The notes: a model not told the origin generated them from the sequence alone. 64,000 bases of DNA from Octopus sinensis (GCF_006345805.1 NC_043006.1:100316001-100380000), one strand, 5' to 3'; shown: positions 49,879-63,837, counted from the stretch's first letter. A program made the numbers and translations.

Positions 49879-50722
49879 TCCCTTTCTCACAAGTTTTGTT
49901 GGAGCTCCTGCAGTCTTGCATGCGTAGCGGACTTACTACCTGCAGCCTACAGTACCATATTTTTCGTTCGTTTCAGCCATCTAATACCTTCCTGATTATT
50001 CTGGTGGTGCCAAGCAGACAAAATTTTGTAACAGTTCTACTCGGTACTCTATTCCAGTTTCCTTTATATTCTTCTTGATGTCATCTGCTACTCTTCCCAT
50101 GGACCCAACAACAATCGGCACTATCTTCACCTCTTCTGGTTTCCTTTTCTCTTCGACTCTTCATTTTTCATAGCCGGACTATTTCGTACTGAAAATTGTT
50201 CTTTTCGCCTTCCTTCTTGACTGTTCGTGGGTTAAAGGAGCATGCAACGTCAACTATATAGCAGCCATGGTGCACCCTGTCCACACCCACTAGGTATGGG
50301 CTGTTATGCTCTAGCACCTGATCTGTTTGGATCGGAAAATGACAGAGGAATTTGCTATTCCGTGACTCTGCCACTCTCAGCGGTTTGTGCTCATACCACG
50401 TCTTGCCCCTCTCTTGCCCCCACTTTTCGCACAGATTCCAATGTAGCACTTCTGCTACCGAGTCGTGTCGCTACGACTTGTAGTGGCTTTTGGGTATGTG
50501 AAGGTCAATCTTTGTGATATGGGCAATGGTTTCATCCACTCTATTGCAGATGCAGCAGAGTAGAGACACTTGCTCATTCCTCAGGTTGACTCTCCAGTTC
50601 GTGGTCAGTGCTTGGTCCTGCGCTGCCAGTTTAGTGCTCTCAGTTTCTTTTCCTAGGGTTCCTTTCATCAGTAAATCCCACCTATTTTCCCCAGCAACTT
50701 CTGTTGTGGCCACATGGAATTA
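49879..50722 (-). mobile_element. R4/Dong LINE, 5'-truncated, 3' end running into (TAA)n
   Basis: ETESTKLAAQDQALTTN..CCICNRVDETIAHI; WYEHKP..FPIQTDQVLEHN..IVDVAC; CLLGTTRIIRKVLDG*. Confidence 0.9.
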
Positions 50723-50829
50723 ATTGTGTAGTCACTTCTTGCATAATTCTTCTTCATGTCCTTTTTGTACTTCTTCCTTTGTTTTTCCTTTTATTATTAT
50801 TAATATTATAATTATTATAATTTTTTTTT

Positions 50830-51073
50830 TCTTCTTTCAAATTTGCTTCCATTTCTTGCCGAGCGTCTTCCCGACTCCTAGGGCAAAGAAACTCATAGTA
50901 TACATTGGTAGGCCATTAAACCAAACTCAATAGTTCGTTCATTTTTTCTTTTTTAAGATTAAATTTTAAAATATGGGCAGTAACAGCTCTCACAGCGACA
51001 ATGCTCTTCTCAATACGTGTGATGTACCAGTTAAGACAAGCTTTTGCACTTCTTGCAGGGATGGTAAGCCAGG
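50830..51073 (-). mobile_element. Short 5'-truncated R4/Dong insertion flanked by TAA repeats
   Basis: PGLPSLQEVQKLVLTGTSHVLRRALSL* plus 3' UTR; TAA-like repeats on both sides. Confidence 0.8.
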
Positions 51074-53299
51074 GTTATTATTATTATTATTATTAATATT
51101 TTTATTGTTGTTGTCGTTGTTGTTATTTTCATCATCATCATAATCATCACTATTATTGATGCCATTATTCTTCGATGGCATTATAAATGTAGAATGTTTC
51201 CTCATTTCCATCCATTTTGCACAATAATCGATAGTAATCAGTTTAGTTCTTAAGTTTTACTAGAAGCTAGTATTCTTCTCCCGACAATATATTTCAACCA
51301 TGATGTCGAACCGAATTTGCTTTGCATTTGAAGAAGTAAAGAATTAGTAAATCGGTGACAGAGCTGTGTATTTCTAACAAATTCGAAATGTAGAAATCTT
51401 CAATGTCGATTCTAGTGTAACACATGAATTGTGAATAATTCTAGAAAATTCGGATTCATTGAAGCAAGTAGAAATATCTCCAATATGTGGTCAGCTTTAA
51501 ATACTTGTGTGACAAAGTAGAGAAACGTTTGCATATATATTCCATTTTAATGAATACAATCATGTCTGCCATATAATCTACATTTATTTTCCAGGAAATG
51601 TTAATAGCTGCCTCATAACCGTTGTTCTTGTAGAAGTATCGGGTTCGATTGTAAGTAAATTGTACAGGAGAGGACAAACTGAACTGTTTTAATATTTGGC
51701 ATAGCTTCGAAGACATGTAATAGTGTTGCCTAACATGGACGGTATCTACATTATATAGAAGCGCTGGAAGTTCATTCACAAAGGGCAGCAAATGCCAAGG
51801 TGAAGCTACGTGGGTTGGGTAATTTGAAGGTTTCTTAATTTTCATTGAAATATATTTGAATAAGGTACAATGTTTTTACCTTAAACGCAACTCCAAGTTT
51901 AAGACACGTACAGCACCGTGTGTTCTATAATTCTGTTATATAATTCTGCTCCTTATTTAATAATCTCCATAAATATTTTTACATACGTGGCACTAATTCA
52001 CACAACTCTCTAAAACAAATGATCGTAAGGGACAGGATACTGCAGGAAAATATAGATAAAAAGGCGTTACTCATACCGATAGCAACGCATCACTCAACAT
52101 TTGATTTTTTAAAAATAGTCTGTTATTGTGCTTTATCTTGCTGGAGGTGATGCGTTCGTAAAATGCCATTGGATGAAAGAGGGTGCTGTGATAGAAAAGA
52201 ATGAACACTCCTGGCAAAGAGCTTCTCGATAAAATCGCCTTCCTTTAACGGATTATAAATTAGAAACCTTCAAGAACACCGTGTTTCGTATCTGTCTACT
52301 TTTAATGATGTTACAATAGACTCCATATTCATTAACCAATCTATTACAGATTACAGACGATAAAATAAAGACAAGTTGTTTTACAAAAAGAGATTTTTAA
52401 CTTTCTCGATCGCAACGCCGTGCCAATTGCAGTAATTTACCTTGTTTAATCAGATATCAATAATAAACAACAACAGGTCTTCCAGATAATGTCTGCAGTA
52501 GACTGTGAAATAGATGAATATTGTTTTATATTTTAGGTTAAATTGGAAAACAAAACAAACAAAACTAAGTTTTATTGTTAACATTCCTTGAAACAAAAAT
52601 GATGTTTGTTTTTTCTTTTTTTTTACATGCAACTTTTCTACACTACTGCGTTTGGAAACTTGACTTTTAACATATTGTTAGGAAAAATTCTTTGCAATTA
52701 GATTTTTTATTGCTAACTACTCAACTATGAAGTTGGAGTGTTGATAATTATCGGTTTCTTAACTGTGATACTTCTTATCAACCCATTACGATCTGTAACA
52801 ATAAACAAATGTATTCTAATGCGATCTTATCTTCTTCATTGCGTCAATAGTTTAAATGAATTTAAATGACACTCTAATAGTTTTACTATCATAGATATTA
52901 CGATACGATTTAGATTTAACAAAATACAATTCACAAAGAAATATTCCTAGCAATGGCGATAGCAAGAGAAGATGAATGGCAACCTAGACATAGAAGAAGA
53001 AGAATATCAGAATTTACGTATACATACCCATGAACCTTTGCGACAATGAATTATGATGCCTTGCTTCAAGGACTCACTTGATCACTTTCATCCAATGTTG
53101 TCTTACAATACAGAAATCAAATGCTCATTACTCCATCAGTGCTCTTTCAGCACACATTAGACAGTAATTTCCGTGTGAATTAAAATATTCTATACGACCG
53201 ATCTGTCCATACTCGTTTTTCTGTGGCACAGAAAACAGAGTTCAGTATCACCTGAAGACATTTCTTGTAGTAGCAAATGCCAATTTAACTAATTTCTAA

Positions 53300-53517
53300 G
53301 GCGGTGAGCTTGTACAATCGTTATTGCGCCACGCAAAATGCTTAGCATTTGCTTTCTGTCTGTCTTCATGTTTTGAGTTCATATTACAGCGAGGCCGACT
53401 TTGCAGTTCTTCCTTTTGGGGTCGATAAAATAAGAACTAGTTGTGCAATGAAATCGTTGCAATTGACTTATTCCCTTCCCCAAAATTGCTAGCCTTGTGC
53501 CAAAGTTTGCAACCAAT
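53300..53517 (+). mobile_element. Family A SINE, tail type 1
   Basis: Matches 193-405 (GGGGTCGATAAAATAAG core; CCCAAAATTGCTAGCCTTGTGCC tail). Confidence 0.8.
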
Positions 53518-53775
53518 ATAGCTCCTTTCGGAAATGTACTACTACACCTCGTAGTAACAAATTCCAAGCACACGAACTGAACGGCTGTGGAAACGTTGTA
53601 TTATCTATGAATACCACGCAACGTCAGATTCATCACGCGAAGCGGTGAAATATTTGTTAGTTTTCCCAGACTACCCATTGAGCTATTCAATGTTCTTCCG
53701 TATTTAAATATAATACAGCTGGGTTTTTTTTATCAGTTATATCAACTGCTGTATCTTGCATTACATATAATATAA

Positions 53776-54109
53776 AGAACCCTTTCGGCCATGAATGACC
53801 ATGGGATTGCACCTAGAGAGTTCTCCTCCGAGACACAAGTCTGGGCAATGTTGTTTATGGAAAACCAACAGTCGCTCATGCATACCAGTCTTCCATCTCC
53901 ACGCCACCGATGTTATCCAATGGAGAGGCAAAGGCCGATGTATCTTGGCACCAGTGACGTCGCAATTTGTTTTTACAGCTGAGTCAATTGGAACAAGGTG
54001 AAATAAAGTGTCTTGCTCAAGAACACAACACAGAGCGGGTCCGGGAATCAAACTCACTACCTCGTAATAGAGAACCCGACGCTTTAACCATTGAAACAAG
54101 CACCTTCAC
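53776..54109 (-). mobile_element. SINE family D, diverged
   Basis: Colinear with 31207-31546. Confidence 0.85.
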
Positions 54110-57100
54110 CACATGACTGATTAATTTCCCAAAATTGTTTTTCGAGTGATTGTATCTCATAGTGACTTACAGTATTGAATTTTAAATCATCACTATTTAA
54201 TTATTCAATGTAAAGTTTAGATTTCGGAAAGAAAATGGAGTTTCGCCACAACGACATTACACCCCAGATGAAGACCTTAGTATACGATAAATACATTTGT
54301 TGATAAACCCTAAATAAACGAATGCTTCTTTTAAGCTCTAGCAATTGCCTTATGTATACTTAACACACCCTGCCGACACCGCAAAGAGTGTCACCCATTC
54401 AATTATATTGACTGATTTGGTATAAGTTAAATATGTCACCAGCAATTCACTGAAAACTTCAGAGGAAGAATGCAAACTGTCGACGTTTGGCGTGAAGATA
54501 AACTGTCCCCTATATTGAATTGGCCTTCAACGATAGTCCTGTACGTCTTTCCCTTCAACAACATAACTAGCTTTCTAAATACAAGGATATTTAAATCAAA
54601 AGAAATATTTTTCTAAACTCGTGTCAATTTTCCTTTCCATGTTATCATCCAGACAACATAAAACGACTACCGCATTCAGTTGCCTAAAAATATAAATAGA
54701 AAGCCACCTAAACCGCAGTAAAAATAGAAAAAGTGTAAGAAAAGAGAATCTTTTGTATATTCCGGGATCAGAACATTTCATTATCTCAAAATATCAGATA
54801 ATGCTTGTTTTATTACTTTTCGAATAAAATTTGCGCAATTCGGATCCATTTATTTAAAGATATTAGCAAATGATGTACAACCAATTTTTCTTTTTTCTTT
54901 GTTCAGTCATGGTTTAACATCTTTCTCTCTTCTCTGAATCTCCTTCACTTCCCCTCTCTCACTCACTCTTCACCCTCTCTTTTGCGCGTGCGTTCTCTCC
55001 TCATTCTTTTCTTAAAGTTTTTTTCCCCTACTCGCAAAAATTATATCAATTTTGTCACTGTTGATAAAATCATATATATCTATTTTGATGAAAGATACTC
55101 TTTCTTCCACGGCAGACACGATTTTATAAAAAGCAAAAATGTAAAAGATAATGGCAACGAAATAGATTTTCAAAAGACTTGTTTTCACTGTTAGAATTTG
55201 ATTGAAATAAACGAACATTACATTGATTTAAGAATGCAGTGTCTTGACATTTGTCTGAATTTTTTTACTCTTTTCTTGTCATTTTCAAAAATAATTCTTT
55301 ATGTCTAATTATTCTTTCAGACTTTTCCTTTATGTTGAAGTTACTGAGAGTTTTATAACGTTTTAACTATTGATATTCTTAATGCTTTTCATTTGATCGT
55401 TGTTTGCGTAATTGCTGTTTTAGTTATTTTAACAATCGTTTATTATATGGATGACGTTGCGTAAAATAATAAATTCCACTAAAGCCGAATAAATGTAAAC
55501 AATACACGAAGGTTTAATCCAATCGTCTACTAATGTTACATTCAAAGATAATCGTGAGTCTTGAGTAGTTTGAACAAGACGAAAGCCAGTAGTAGACATA
55601 ATCAATTGCTTAGTGTAATACCACCACCTGATCCTTGAGTGTCTTCAGCGGAACTCAATCTATATTAAGCATTCGAACCAAATCTCTAATATGAGCAAAC
55701 CTTCCATCCTTCGTCCCATGTATGTCCGAAGCAGTGAAAATCCTCATAGATGCTACCATTGCATCATCATTAAATAAACTAAACAGAAAAAATTATGTTC
55801 CAATTTTGTATGATTCCATGTTTGACTTAGTCCTTCAGCTAGCCGTGATTAATTAACACTAGTCATGTTCTGCAGTAGCATATATCTATTATATACCCCT
55901 TACACAATTATGGTTTTCCAAGTATGTAGGGAATCCTAGACATCTATTACTATTGTACTAGTGCATTTTGGTAACAATTTGCAGTAACTAAACTTTTCAT
56001 CCACTTTTAATTTCTCGACAACCATTCTATTATTTATGATTGAACAAAGGATTAACAGTAACATTTTTAGTGTTCGAAGTCTAAAATTTCAACAGGGCAG
56101 GCACAAAATCAATATCTTGGTTAATAATTTGAATATAGAAAAACCTCGCATCGGTTTCCATTCGAAGGGAAGTGTTGTCTTAATTATTTATTGAACGTGA
56201 GTTGAAAACGCAGCTCTCCTGGTCTGTGTAAACCCGATCAAACTGGTCTGGTTGTGCAAGGTCCTGATCTGTTTAGGTATTCACTAGTCGATATCAACGG
56301 GGAAAGCACGCGCAGGCAGAGTACTGGAAGCATAGAGGATTGGGATTAGTTGTTTATCACAAGGACTGGGGTTAGAGAGTGAGCAAAAAGATCGAATGGT
56401 AACAAGATAACTGACATTCTTTATTCTTTGTTTAAGATATTATGCACTCTGCCATATTGGTCTTCAGGACATAAGTCGTAAATCTCGTGGCGCCTATTGC
56501 TGAGCTGTATTTAATATTTGTCTCTCCTACGATACGCTATACTCTGAGCCGAAATATATATATCACAGATGAAATCTACTGATGTTTCCAAAGCAAATTT
56601 CAGGCGGGTTACGTAAAACTAAAATGTATTGATTCTGTGAAATCTCTTCATTAGTTTGGCGCCCTTATACAGAATAATGATTTCGAAAATATGTGTAGTA
56701 GTGGTTAAAACATCGGCCCTGCGGTTTTGTCTTTGCATATTTGTGTGTGAGCAATGTGTGTATGTGTGCGTGTGTCTGTCAACGCGTAGAAACTTTTGAC
56801 TTCGGGTTTATGTTTTCATTGCCTGGTTCATATTTTCATCGCCTCGGTGTTAATGACAGTTGCCATGGTCTTAGATTTGATTTTCTTCTCGTACTATTGG
56901 AAGAGAAGTAAAAATGCTTAAAGCGGCTTCTGTTCTCGAACTAACGGGTAGGTTAATAATTTTAATATATCCAGACATAGACACTACAAGATGTATTTGT
57001 AATCCTAGTAAGAATGTCATGGAGAAATATGGCAACGCCTCCATTTCTTCGGTTTGTGCAATCTGGACAAAATGGTGGGAATAAAAGAAATTCCATTCCC

Positions 57101-57183
57101 ACATCTAAATAAACGTTTACTCAGATGGGTATGGGTTAAGTTTCAGAAAAAGTTGGAGTGCTTCTATTTAGCATGGTGTAATA

Positions 57184-57354
57184 GGCGCAGGAGTGGCTGT
57201 GTGGTAAGTAGCTTGTTTACCAGCCACATAGTTCCGGGTTCAGTCCCACTGCGTGGCACCTTGGGCAAGTGTCTTCTGCTATAGCCCCCGGCCGACCAAA
57301 GCCTTGTGAGTGGATTTGGTAGACGGAAACTGAAAGACGCCTGTCGTATATATG

Positions 57355-57385
<31 letters not shown>

Positions 57386-57600
57386 ATATGTTTGTGTGTC
57401 TGTGTTTGTCCACAGCATTGCTTGACAACCGATGCTGGTGTGTTTACGCCCCCGTCACTTAGCGGTTCGGCAAAAAAAGACCCATAGAATAAGTACTGGG
57501 CTTACAAAGAATAAGTCCCGGGGTCGAGTTGCTCGACTAAAGGCGGTGCTCCAGCATGGCCACAGTCAAATGACTGAAACAAGTAAAAGAGTAAAAGAGT
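57184..57600 (+). mobile_element. SINE family B, full length
   Basis: Head GGCGCAGGAGTGGCTGTGTGGTAAG, GGTTCAGTCCC B box, CTTGGGCAAGT core, internal (TA)(TG), tail (GTAAAAGA)n. Confidence 0.9.
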
Positions 57601-58404
57601 AACCAATGTATGAAAATTATGTATGGATTCATTTTTCTCTGTTGAGTAATGTGATGGGAACGGGGAACATCAGATGTTTGTTACAGCTGTTTCAATGTCT
57701 TTTCACTCAGCCCATTATTTATTAGAGGCAACATGTTTAGGCGGATAGTTCGTTCGCTGAGATACTGGTGATGCATTGCAGATAACGTTACAATGAAACT
57801 CCTCGAAGAATTAACATAATAAAACGTAATTGTTTGTTGAATAATTGGTGTTCATTACTTTGATTGCTGTTGAAATAATTATGTTTGTCGTTGCTTTTGA
57901 TCTCTGTGTGTGTCATCTTGATTCACATATTGAGAGTAGGAATCTACACTGTACTTAACAAAGATGCTTTTGTGGTAGAGATTGGCCTTCATCCTGCTGA
58001 TGCAGTAAGCGGATATTGCATGAGTGTACAATTTGGCGAGAATGTGAATGTTATCATGTCGTTATTAGAAGCAGTCTCTCTCCCTGTGTGCGAGCATGAT
58101 CATGTGTGCATGCATGTATACGTAAAGAAACGTGGGTCGAGAACATATGTATGTGCGTGTGTGTGTATGTGTGTGTGTGTATAAAAGTACATGTATACTT
58201 ATACTTGCTTTTGTTGTAATAATTTCCTTTTCGTCATTAGCCAACACAAAAGTACATGCATAAAGGTAAAAACAATAACAAAACAATTTCCTGAATCTGT
58301 TTCTCTCTTAATTTGTCTGTGTCATATATTGGCTTGCCACCTTCGCTTACTCTGTTCCTTGTCATTTATCCATCGATTTATCACTTTACCTTCATCTCTC
58401 TTCC

Positions 58405-58405
58405 A

Positions 58406-58468
<63 letters not shown>

Positions 58469-58483
58469 GTGTGTATATATGTG

Positions 58484-58556
<73 letters not shown>

Positions 58557-58935
58557 GTGTGTATTTATGTATGTATATATGTGTGTGAGTGCTTTTGCAC
58601 GTGCGTATATATCTGTCTACATAAATAGCGCTTCCTCATCGCGGTTATATTTGCCAAAATCCATCACCTGGCAAACGTTCGTCAAACATAATGATTTGTA
58701 ACAATGAAAATTAACAAGATTTCCCATCGGGGATGTTTCGTAAATTAATCTTCCTGTTTTTCATTGGTTCTTCCAAGTAATTGACCCGGCGTGTATATTC
58801 TGCTTCATTCATTTTAACCCTTTTGTTGTATTTCGAACGGTGTGTTTGTCTCTATATGCACAAATACATAGACATACAGCCATACATATACATACATACA
58901 TACATACATACATACATACATACACACATACACAC

Positions 58936-59024
<89 letters not shown>

Positions 59025-59035
59025 ATATGTATATA
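58405..59035. repeat. Clusters of (CT)n/(TA)n/(TACA)n microsatellites
   Basis: Direct reading. Confidence 0.9.
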
Positions 59036-59059
59036 ATCATGTTGAACAGTTAATTGCTA

Positions 59060-59245
59060 CATTTGTTTTTCTATCTCCATTTTATTTCGTTCCATCGGCC
59101 TTTTTTCCTCTTAACTGTTTCTGCTGATGAGCGTAGGCTCGAAACATCAAAGACTTTTCAATTCTTCCCTAGCGTCAAACTAATATACGCGATTGTGGTT
59201 CCCTCACTCGTCTCGGTCCTATATTTTTTTGTAAATTTGAAATAT
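59060..59245 (+). mobile_element. Penelope-like short repeat with hammerhead-like core
   Basis: GTTTCTGCTGATGAGCGTAGGCTCGAAACATC; related to 30947-31122; flanked by (TA)n. Confidence 0.5.
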
Positions 59246-59481
59246 ATGTATGTATATATATAGACTTGCGAATGCTAATATCCCTGAAGGCTACAAATTT
59301 GTGGCCAGCAGAAAAAACTTAGACCAGGTCGATGACATTAATAATACAAATAGTTGTGTATGTGTGAGTGTGTGTGTTAGAGAGAGTGTGCGTGTATGTG
59401 TGTCTGTCTGTGTGTGTGCGTGTGTGTGTACGCGCGCGCGCAAAAGCAAAGTATTATTAAATATCTGGGCGACTTTGTCTA

Positions 59482-60713
59482 TCAGGTTATCCCATAAGTT
59501 CTGTCCGATTTTACCTTCTTTAAAATTGAATGAAATTTAATAGTATTTTAGAATGTCTAATAGAATTAAAATTTATTTTTATGCATTTGTGTACATTTTA
59601 AACTAATTAAATATTATTTTACAGAATAATAGAATTAAAATCTCTTTGATAAAAACCCTTTCTAACATGGAAGTATCCAAAGAGCATTTTAGGCACATGT
59701 TGCTTTATGAGTACAAAAATTGAAACTCTGCAGCAGAATTGACGTGATACATACACTCAGTTTATGGGAAAGAATGCTTGAATGAAAGAACTTGCAGAAG
59801 GAGAGGGTTTGCAAAATTCAGAAGTGGAGATTTCAGCCTTGAAGATGAAAATCAAACAGGACGTCCAGTTGAATTTGATGATTAGCTCCTTGAGGCATTA
59901 CTTTAAGAAAATCCTGCATTATCAGTTGAAGAATTGGCAATAAAGCTTAGTTCAAACCACACAACTGTTCATCGTTATCTTCAACAACATGGAAAGGTTC
60001 CTAAACTTGGAAAATGGGTGCCTCATAAATTGTCCGAAAGCAACCGCAAGTCCATTCTTGCGAACTCATTTCACCCTTTTTGGATAGACATCGAAATGTT
60101 AAACGTTGTAAACAGTGGCTTGGTAAAAGGGAAAAAGCTCAACCACGACCGAGAAGGGAACTTCATGGGGAAAAGGTTCTTCACTCTATCTGGTTGGATT
60201 GCAAAGGAGTAATTCACTTTGAATCGTTACTACCTAATGCAACAATCAATGCTCAAGTCTACTGTCAGCAATTAGAGCGTTTGAACCAAGCTTTGAAGAA
60301 AAAAAGACCCACTTTAGTGAATCGAAAAGGAGTGATGTTTCATCAGGACAATGCGCGACCTCACACTGCAAAGATCATATCACAGAAGATCGAAGAGCCT
60401 GGTTGGAAAAAAATTCCTCATCCACCTTATTCTCCCGACCTTGCTCCTTCAGACTACCATTTGTTTCGTAGTTTACAGAATCATTTGTGGGACATGGCTT
60501 TCGCAAGCTCGGAGGAAGTCGAAACTGACATTTCAGAGATATTCGCTTTGAAACCAAAAGAGTTTTACATTGATGAGATTAAAAAAGAAAGCTTGCAAGT
60601 AGATGGAAGGAAGTCATATATAATCAAAGAAAGTACATTAATGATTAAATTTCAGTTAAATATAACATTTAATCACTTGTTTTCTTTATTCAGAATTCGG
60701 ATAGAACTTATGG
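59482..60713 (+). mobile_element. Mariner transposon (DD34D, cecropia-like), defective
   Basis: Left TIR TCAGGTTATCCCATAAGTTCTGTCCG after TA; partial right TIR CGGATAGAACTTATGG; ATG 59667 MEVSKEHFRHMLLYEY; WVPHKL; HQDNARPH; PHPPYSPDLAPSDYHLFRSLQ; stops and a deletion removing the first catalytic D. Confidence 0.92.
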
Positions 60714-60903
60714 CATGAATTGATAAATTGATCAGCGAAGGCCATTTTACTCCACTTATTCTGTAAATTTACGTTCCGCCGCCTATCCATTTTGTAGATA
60801 CAAAGATTGTTACACCAGATAGTTTTGGTATAATAAGGTCACAGAGTAAAGTAGAAATACACAGTAGAATGGAGAATTATGAATTTTTAAATGTATTTTT
60901 CTA

Positions 60904-62093
60904 CAGGGTGGGAAAGCAAAACTTACGATGAACGTTAAGTTATTTTTTCCCAGCAGACACTAAGACAATCGTTTTGAAACCTGTCATAATCATACCTAAC
61001 ACTATAATCGTTACCTTTTCAGAAACTTTTGTCCATATGAGTAATCAGGAAAGCAAATGTCAAAGAATGTGTAATTTGCTGAATGCACTCGTCACACCAA
61101 AGGAGATTAATGTAGAGAATAGAATGACAATGAGAAAATCTATTACGAGGAAGTCTGGAAGTGAAGGAATCAAATCTTTTATTAAAGCTCTCAAATCCCA
61201 AATCCTAAAGGATCCAACCAAATCCATGAGAAAAATGGCAATTGAACTTGAGGTAGACAACAAGACCATTGGAAATGCTGTAAAATATGATTTGAAGTTA
61301 ACAGCTATGAAAGAAAACATATTGGAAAGGGGCAAGAAAATTATTACATGGTTCAAGAAGAAATTCTCCATTGTAACGATCTTTTCATCTGAAAAGATCT
61401 TCAATGTCGATGCTGTTCTGAACCGCAGAAATGACAGATTTATCGCAAAATCGAAAGCTGAGGTTAACAAGACATTCAAAACAAAACATCCTGCTCAAGT
61501 TATGACTTTTGGTGCCGTGGCTACCGATGGAAAGAAGATGCCTATAAAATTCTACAAAGCTGATGAAAAGATCACTGTTAATACTTACTACAAGACTCTG
61601 AGATATCAGGTATTGCCATGGCTTAAAGCAAACTACCCAGATGGGAATTATGTATGGACACAGGATGGTGCTCCAACGCACACAGCTGGAAAAATACAAG
61701 ATTTCTGCAAATCCAACTTTAGCAATGTTTTGGAATCATGTTTATGGCCGCCTTTTAGCCCAGATCGAAATCCTCTGGATTATGCCGTTTGGGGCGTTTT
61801 AGAACATGCTACCAATAGAACATCACACAGCAATGTCGATTCTCTTAAAGATACTATTAAAGAAGAATGGGAGAAGTTGTCTCCCGAATATTCGAAGAAC
61901 ACTTGTGCAAGTTTCAGGAAGCGTGTGAAGGGAGTTATTGAGAAAGATGGAGGGCAAATAGAATAAAAATATTTTCTATTATGTAAATTTTCTTGTGGCA
62001 AATAAATTCTCGTGATTTTCAATAAACTAATTGGTCATACACTGTCTTTCAATCCCTTCCTCAAAATATTGTAAATTTTGCTTCCCCACCCTG
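60904..62093 (+). mobile_element. maT (DD37D) Tc1/mariner-superfamily transposon
   Basis: TIRs CAGGGTGGGAAAGCAAAACTTAC / GTAAATTTTGCTTCCCCACCCTG with TA on both sides. Confidence 0.93.
61037..61966 (+). CDS. DD37D transposase ORF, open but probably catalytically dead
   Basis: ATG 61037 MSNQESK; QDGAPTH...WPPFSPDRNPLDY with 37 residues between the second and third D; first triad position reads FSSEK instead of FSDEK. Confidence 0.8.
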   Translation: MSNQESKCQRMCNLLNALVTPKEINVENRMTMRKSITRKSGSEGIKSFIKALKSQILKDPTKSMRKMAIELEVDNKTIGNAVKYDLKLTAMKENILERGKKIITWFKKKFSIVTIFSSEKIFNVDAVLNRRNDRFIAKSKAEVNKTFKTKHPAQVMTFGAVATDGKKMPIKFYKADEKITVNTYYKTLRYQVLPWLKANYPDGNYVWTQDGAPTHTAGKIQDFCKSNFSNVLESCLWPPFSPDRNPLDYAVWGVLEHATNRTSHSNVDSLKDTIKEEWEKLSPEYSKNTCASFRKRVKGVIEKDGGQIE

Positions 62094-62724
62094 TATATCT
62101 TTGTGTATCTGTATATTAGATTCAGTGAAAGATTTTTTTCACTGGGGATTTTGGGCAATTTGTATCTGCATGTTATATCATCAATTTGATACAACTATCC
62201 AATCGTTGCTGTGCTGTCTATTCTTTATTTTCATATTTCACATATAAACACTTATTTTCATTCTTTATTCTACGGCTTTGATTGCGATTTTGTGAAAAAA
62301 TTGCAGTTAAAGCCATTTTACGTTACCTGTAAAAAAAAAAGGAGGTCCGAGTGAACGTGCTGCAGCAGCAAAGTGTAATATACGGAAGGTCTCGGAAGTG
62401 ACAATGTACGCATGTGCGTATGTATGTATACGCGCACGTATGCATGTGCCCATGTATGTGTGTGCGTACATGTACGCACACACATACATGGGCACATGCA
62501 TACGTGCGCGTATACATACATACGCACAATAGTAAAATAAAAGTTCTGTGATATAGAGATAAATATCTGATAATAGGTTTTAGGGTATAGTTTTGGGAGT
62601 GAGGGTCGTAAATCACTTCCTGGCTTCGGCCGGGGAAGTTGAAATTTGATATTATTGTGATGAGTGGTCACTCTACATCTATCCATCACTACAGGTTTAT
62701 AGCTTTATGTTTATAGTGTGTATG

Positions 62725-62878
62725 TGCGTGCATATACACACATACATATATACATACAAACATACATACATACATACATGCATACACAGGCGTATGTACG
62801 TACATGCATACATACATACATACATACATACATACACAGACGTATGTACGTACATGCATACATACATACATACATACA

Positions 62879-62909
<31 letters not shown>

Positions 62910-62950
62910 GTGTATGCATACATACACACATACATACGTACATATATATG
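62725..62950. repeat. (TACA)n microsatellite
   Basis: Direct reading. Confidence 0.95.
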
Positions 62951-63173
62951 ACGAACTAACTGTTACTTTCTCAGATGCAACACGGATTTTTGTCAGTGAA
63001 CAGGTCGCGGATTTTAGCGACGAAAATATTTTGACAAATTAAACTTGAATGTTGAAGTGAATCGAACGGCTTTTGTGTGTTTCTTAAATGGCTTACAAAC
63101 ACCTTCCACGCTGCAATTGTTTTCGTTTCAGCACACGATCCCAGATCAAATTACTTGCTCTGCGAGTACATCT

Positions 63174-63229
<56 letters not shown>

Positions 63230-63230
<1 letters not shown>

Positions 63231-63389
63231 GGAGTGGCTGTGTGGTAAGTAGCTTGCTAACATACCACATGGTTCCGGGTTCAGTCCTACTGCGTGGCAC
63301 CTTGGGCAAGTGTCTTCTGCTATAGCCCCGGGCCGACCAATGCCTTGTAAGTGGATTTGGTAGACGGAAACTGAAAGAAGCCCGTCGTA

Positions 63390-63461
<72 letters not shown>

Positions 63462-63672
63462 CGTGTATGTTTGTGTGTCTGTGTTTGTCCCCCTCGCATT
63501 GCTTGACAATGCTGGTGTGTTTACGTCCCCGTTACTTTGCGGTCCGGCAAAAGAAGACCGATAGAATAAGTACTGGGCTTACAAAAGAATAAGTCCCGGG
63601 GACGATTTGCTCGATTAAAGGCGGTGCTCCAGCATGGCCGCAGTCAAATGACTGAAACAAGTAAAAGAGTAA
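63230..63672 (+). mobile_element. SINE family B, near full length
   Basis: Highly similar to 57184-57600. Confidence 0.9.
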
Positions 63673-63682
63673 ATGAGTATAT

Positions 63683-63714
<32 letters not shown>

Positions 63715-63837
63715 ATATATATATATATAGATGTACATGTAATATGTACACATATATATACACATATATACATGCATACCTATATACACCCATACACACA
63801 TACACATAAACCCAGTCCCACACACACACATACATCG

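Noticed and set aside
60080-60718. SETMAR/Metnase host gene
   Set aside because: No SET domain; TIRs and inactivating lesions show it is an ordinary dead mariner.
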